Assembly (NCBI GenBank): GCA_033442325.1
Contig: JAWQFM010000003.1
Span: forward strand, 346,724 to 410,723
Origin: Salpingoeca rosetta
Taxonomy: Eukaryota > Protista > Choanoflagellata
Direction of reading: 5' to 3'
Length of the DNA stretch: 64,000 nucleotides
The position numbers and the translations under genes were made by a program. Every line of letters starts with the position of its first letter. Positions within the stretch are counted from its first letter, which is position 1. Below the pieces are notes generated by a model that saw only the letters and a program-made list of their open reading frames with translations, made no database searches and was not told where the DNA came from. Positions 63,535-64,000 of the stretch are shown one piece after another.

Positions 63535-64000
63535 TCATGATGCAGGGGAGAGGAGGAGGAACGCGGAGCCATGTGCAGGAACAAAAGTCGAGAATGAACC
63601 CGTGGCCTTGCCAAGATCGGCGTGTCGCCAGAGGTCGCGCACGTGCAAGGTCGTCTTGCTGTTCCACGCGCGCTCCGGCACCGCAGAGAAGTGGAAGCCA
63701 AGCGTTTGGTTCACCATGGCGGCGTTGTGGATGACAACAGCGACCGTGCTGTTGTCGGACAGCGGGCGAGCAAGCACAATGGATGGTGGCGGGGGCGTGG
63801 TGACGCACTTGCACGTGTGCTTGCCGCTGCCATCCTCATTGCAGGTGACATCCTGCACGCCATCGCACGTGAAGATGCCGCGGCAACCGTGATCGGTCCA
63901 CATGGTCTCGTCGCCGTTGCAGCCAAATGAGACGCCCTGCACACACGGGTCGTGCGACAGCTGCTTCTCCAACGCACATGACGCCAAAGGCTTCAGGTCA
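63535..64000 (-). CDS. 3' end of a GH27-type alpha-galactosidase/alpha-NAGA (melibiase C-terminal beta-sandwich) preceded by a Cys-rich module; gene continues beyond the window
   Basis: IVLARPLSDNSTVAVVIHN...LHVRDLWRHADLG..GSFSTFVPAHGSAFLLLSP* is the typical GH27 C-terminal domain pattern. The catalytic domain is outside the window. Confidence 0.7.
   Translation of the reverse strand, partial: DLKPLASCALEKQLSHDPCVQGVSFGCNGDETMWTDHGCRGIFTCDGVQDVTCNEDGSGKHTCKCVTTPPPPSIVLARPLSDNSTVAVVIHNAAMVNQTLGFHFSAVPERAWNSKTTLHVRDLWRHADLGKATGSFSTFVPAHGSAFLLLSPAS

Overview
Intron-rich, GC-rich eukaryotic DNA. Microsatellite-filled introns and holozoan gene content suggest a choanoflagellate such as Salpingoeca rosetta (inference, not verified). 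Nine protein-coding genes, alternating in orientation after the first: the 3' end of a TOGARAM/crescerin-like TOG protein (+), ACBD3/GCP60 (+), the tubulin glutamylase TTLL5 (-), a plant-type class II PRPP synthase (+), a monofunctional PyrC-type dihydroorotase (-), a ~27-kb usherin (USH2A) orthologue (+), the Fused/STK36 kinase (-), an intronless type II membrane protein with ~34 L-domain/Ecm33-like solenoid repeats (+), and the 3' end of a GH27-type alpha-galactosidase (-). Highlights: (1) introns are polarised, with (UG)n near donors and complementary (CA)n near acceptors that often lack a polypyrimidine tract; (2) the usherin has a VWA insertion, modules nested inside FN3 domains, a duplicated galaxin-like Cys-rich block, poly-Arg sites and a PDZ-type DTWL end; (3) a 37/38-bp inverted repeat lies in the STK36 / solenoid-gene divergent spacer; (4) the solenoid gene looks like a receptor with a variable face and cytoplasmic Tyr motifs; (5) four genes whose animal orthologues are ciliary lie within 60 kb. 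No rRNA, tRNA, CRISPR or transposase was seen. Most short ORFs in the track are CA/TG-repeat artefacts. Exon boundaries were read by eye and are approximate unless stated.
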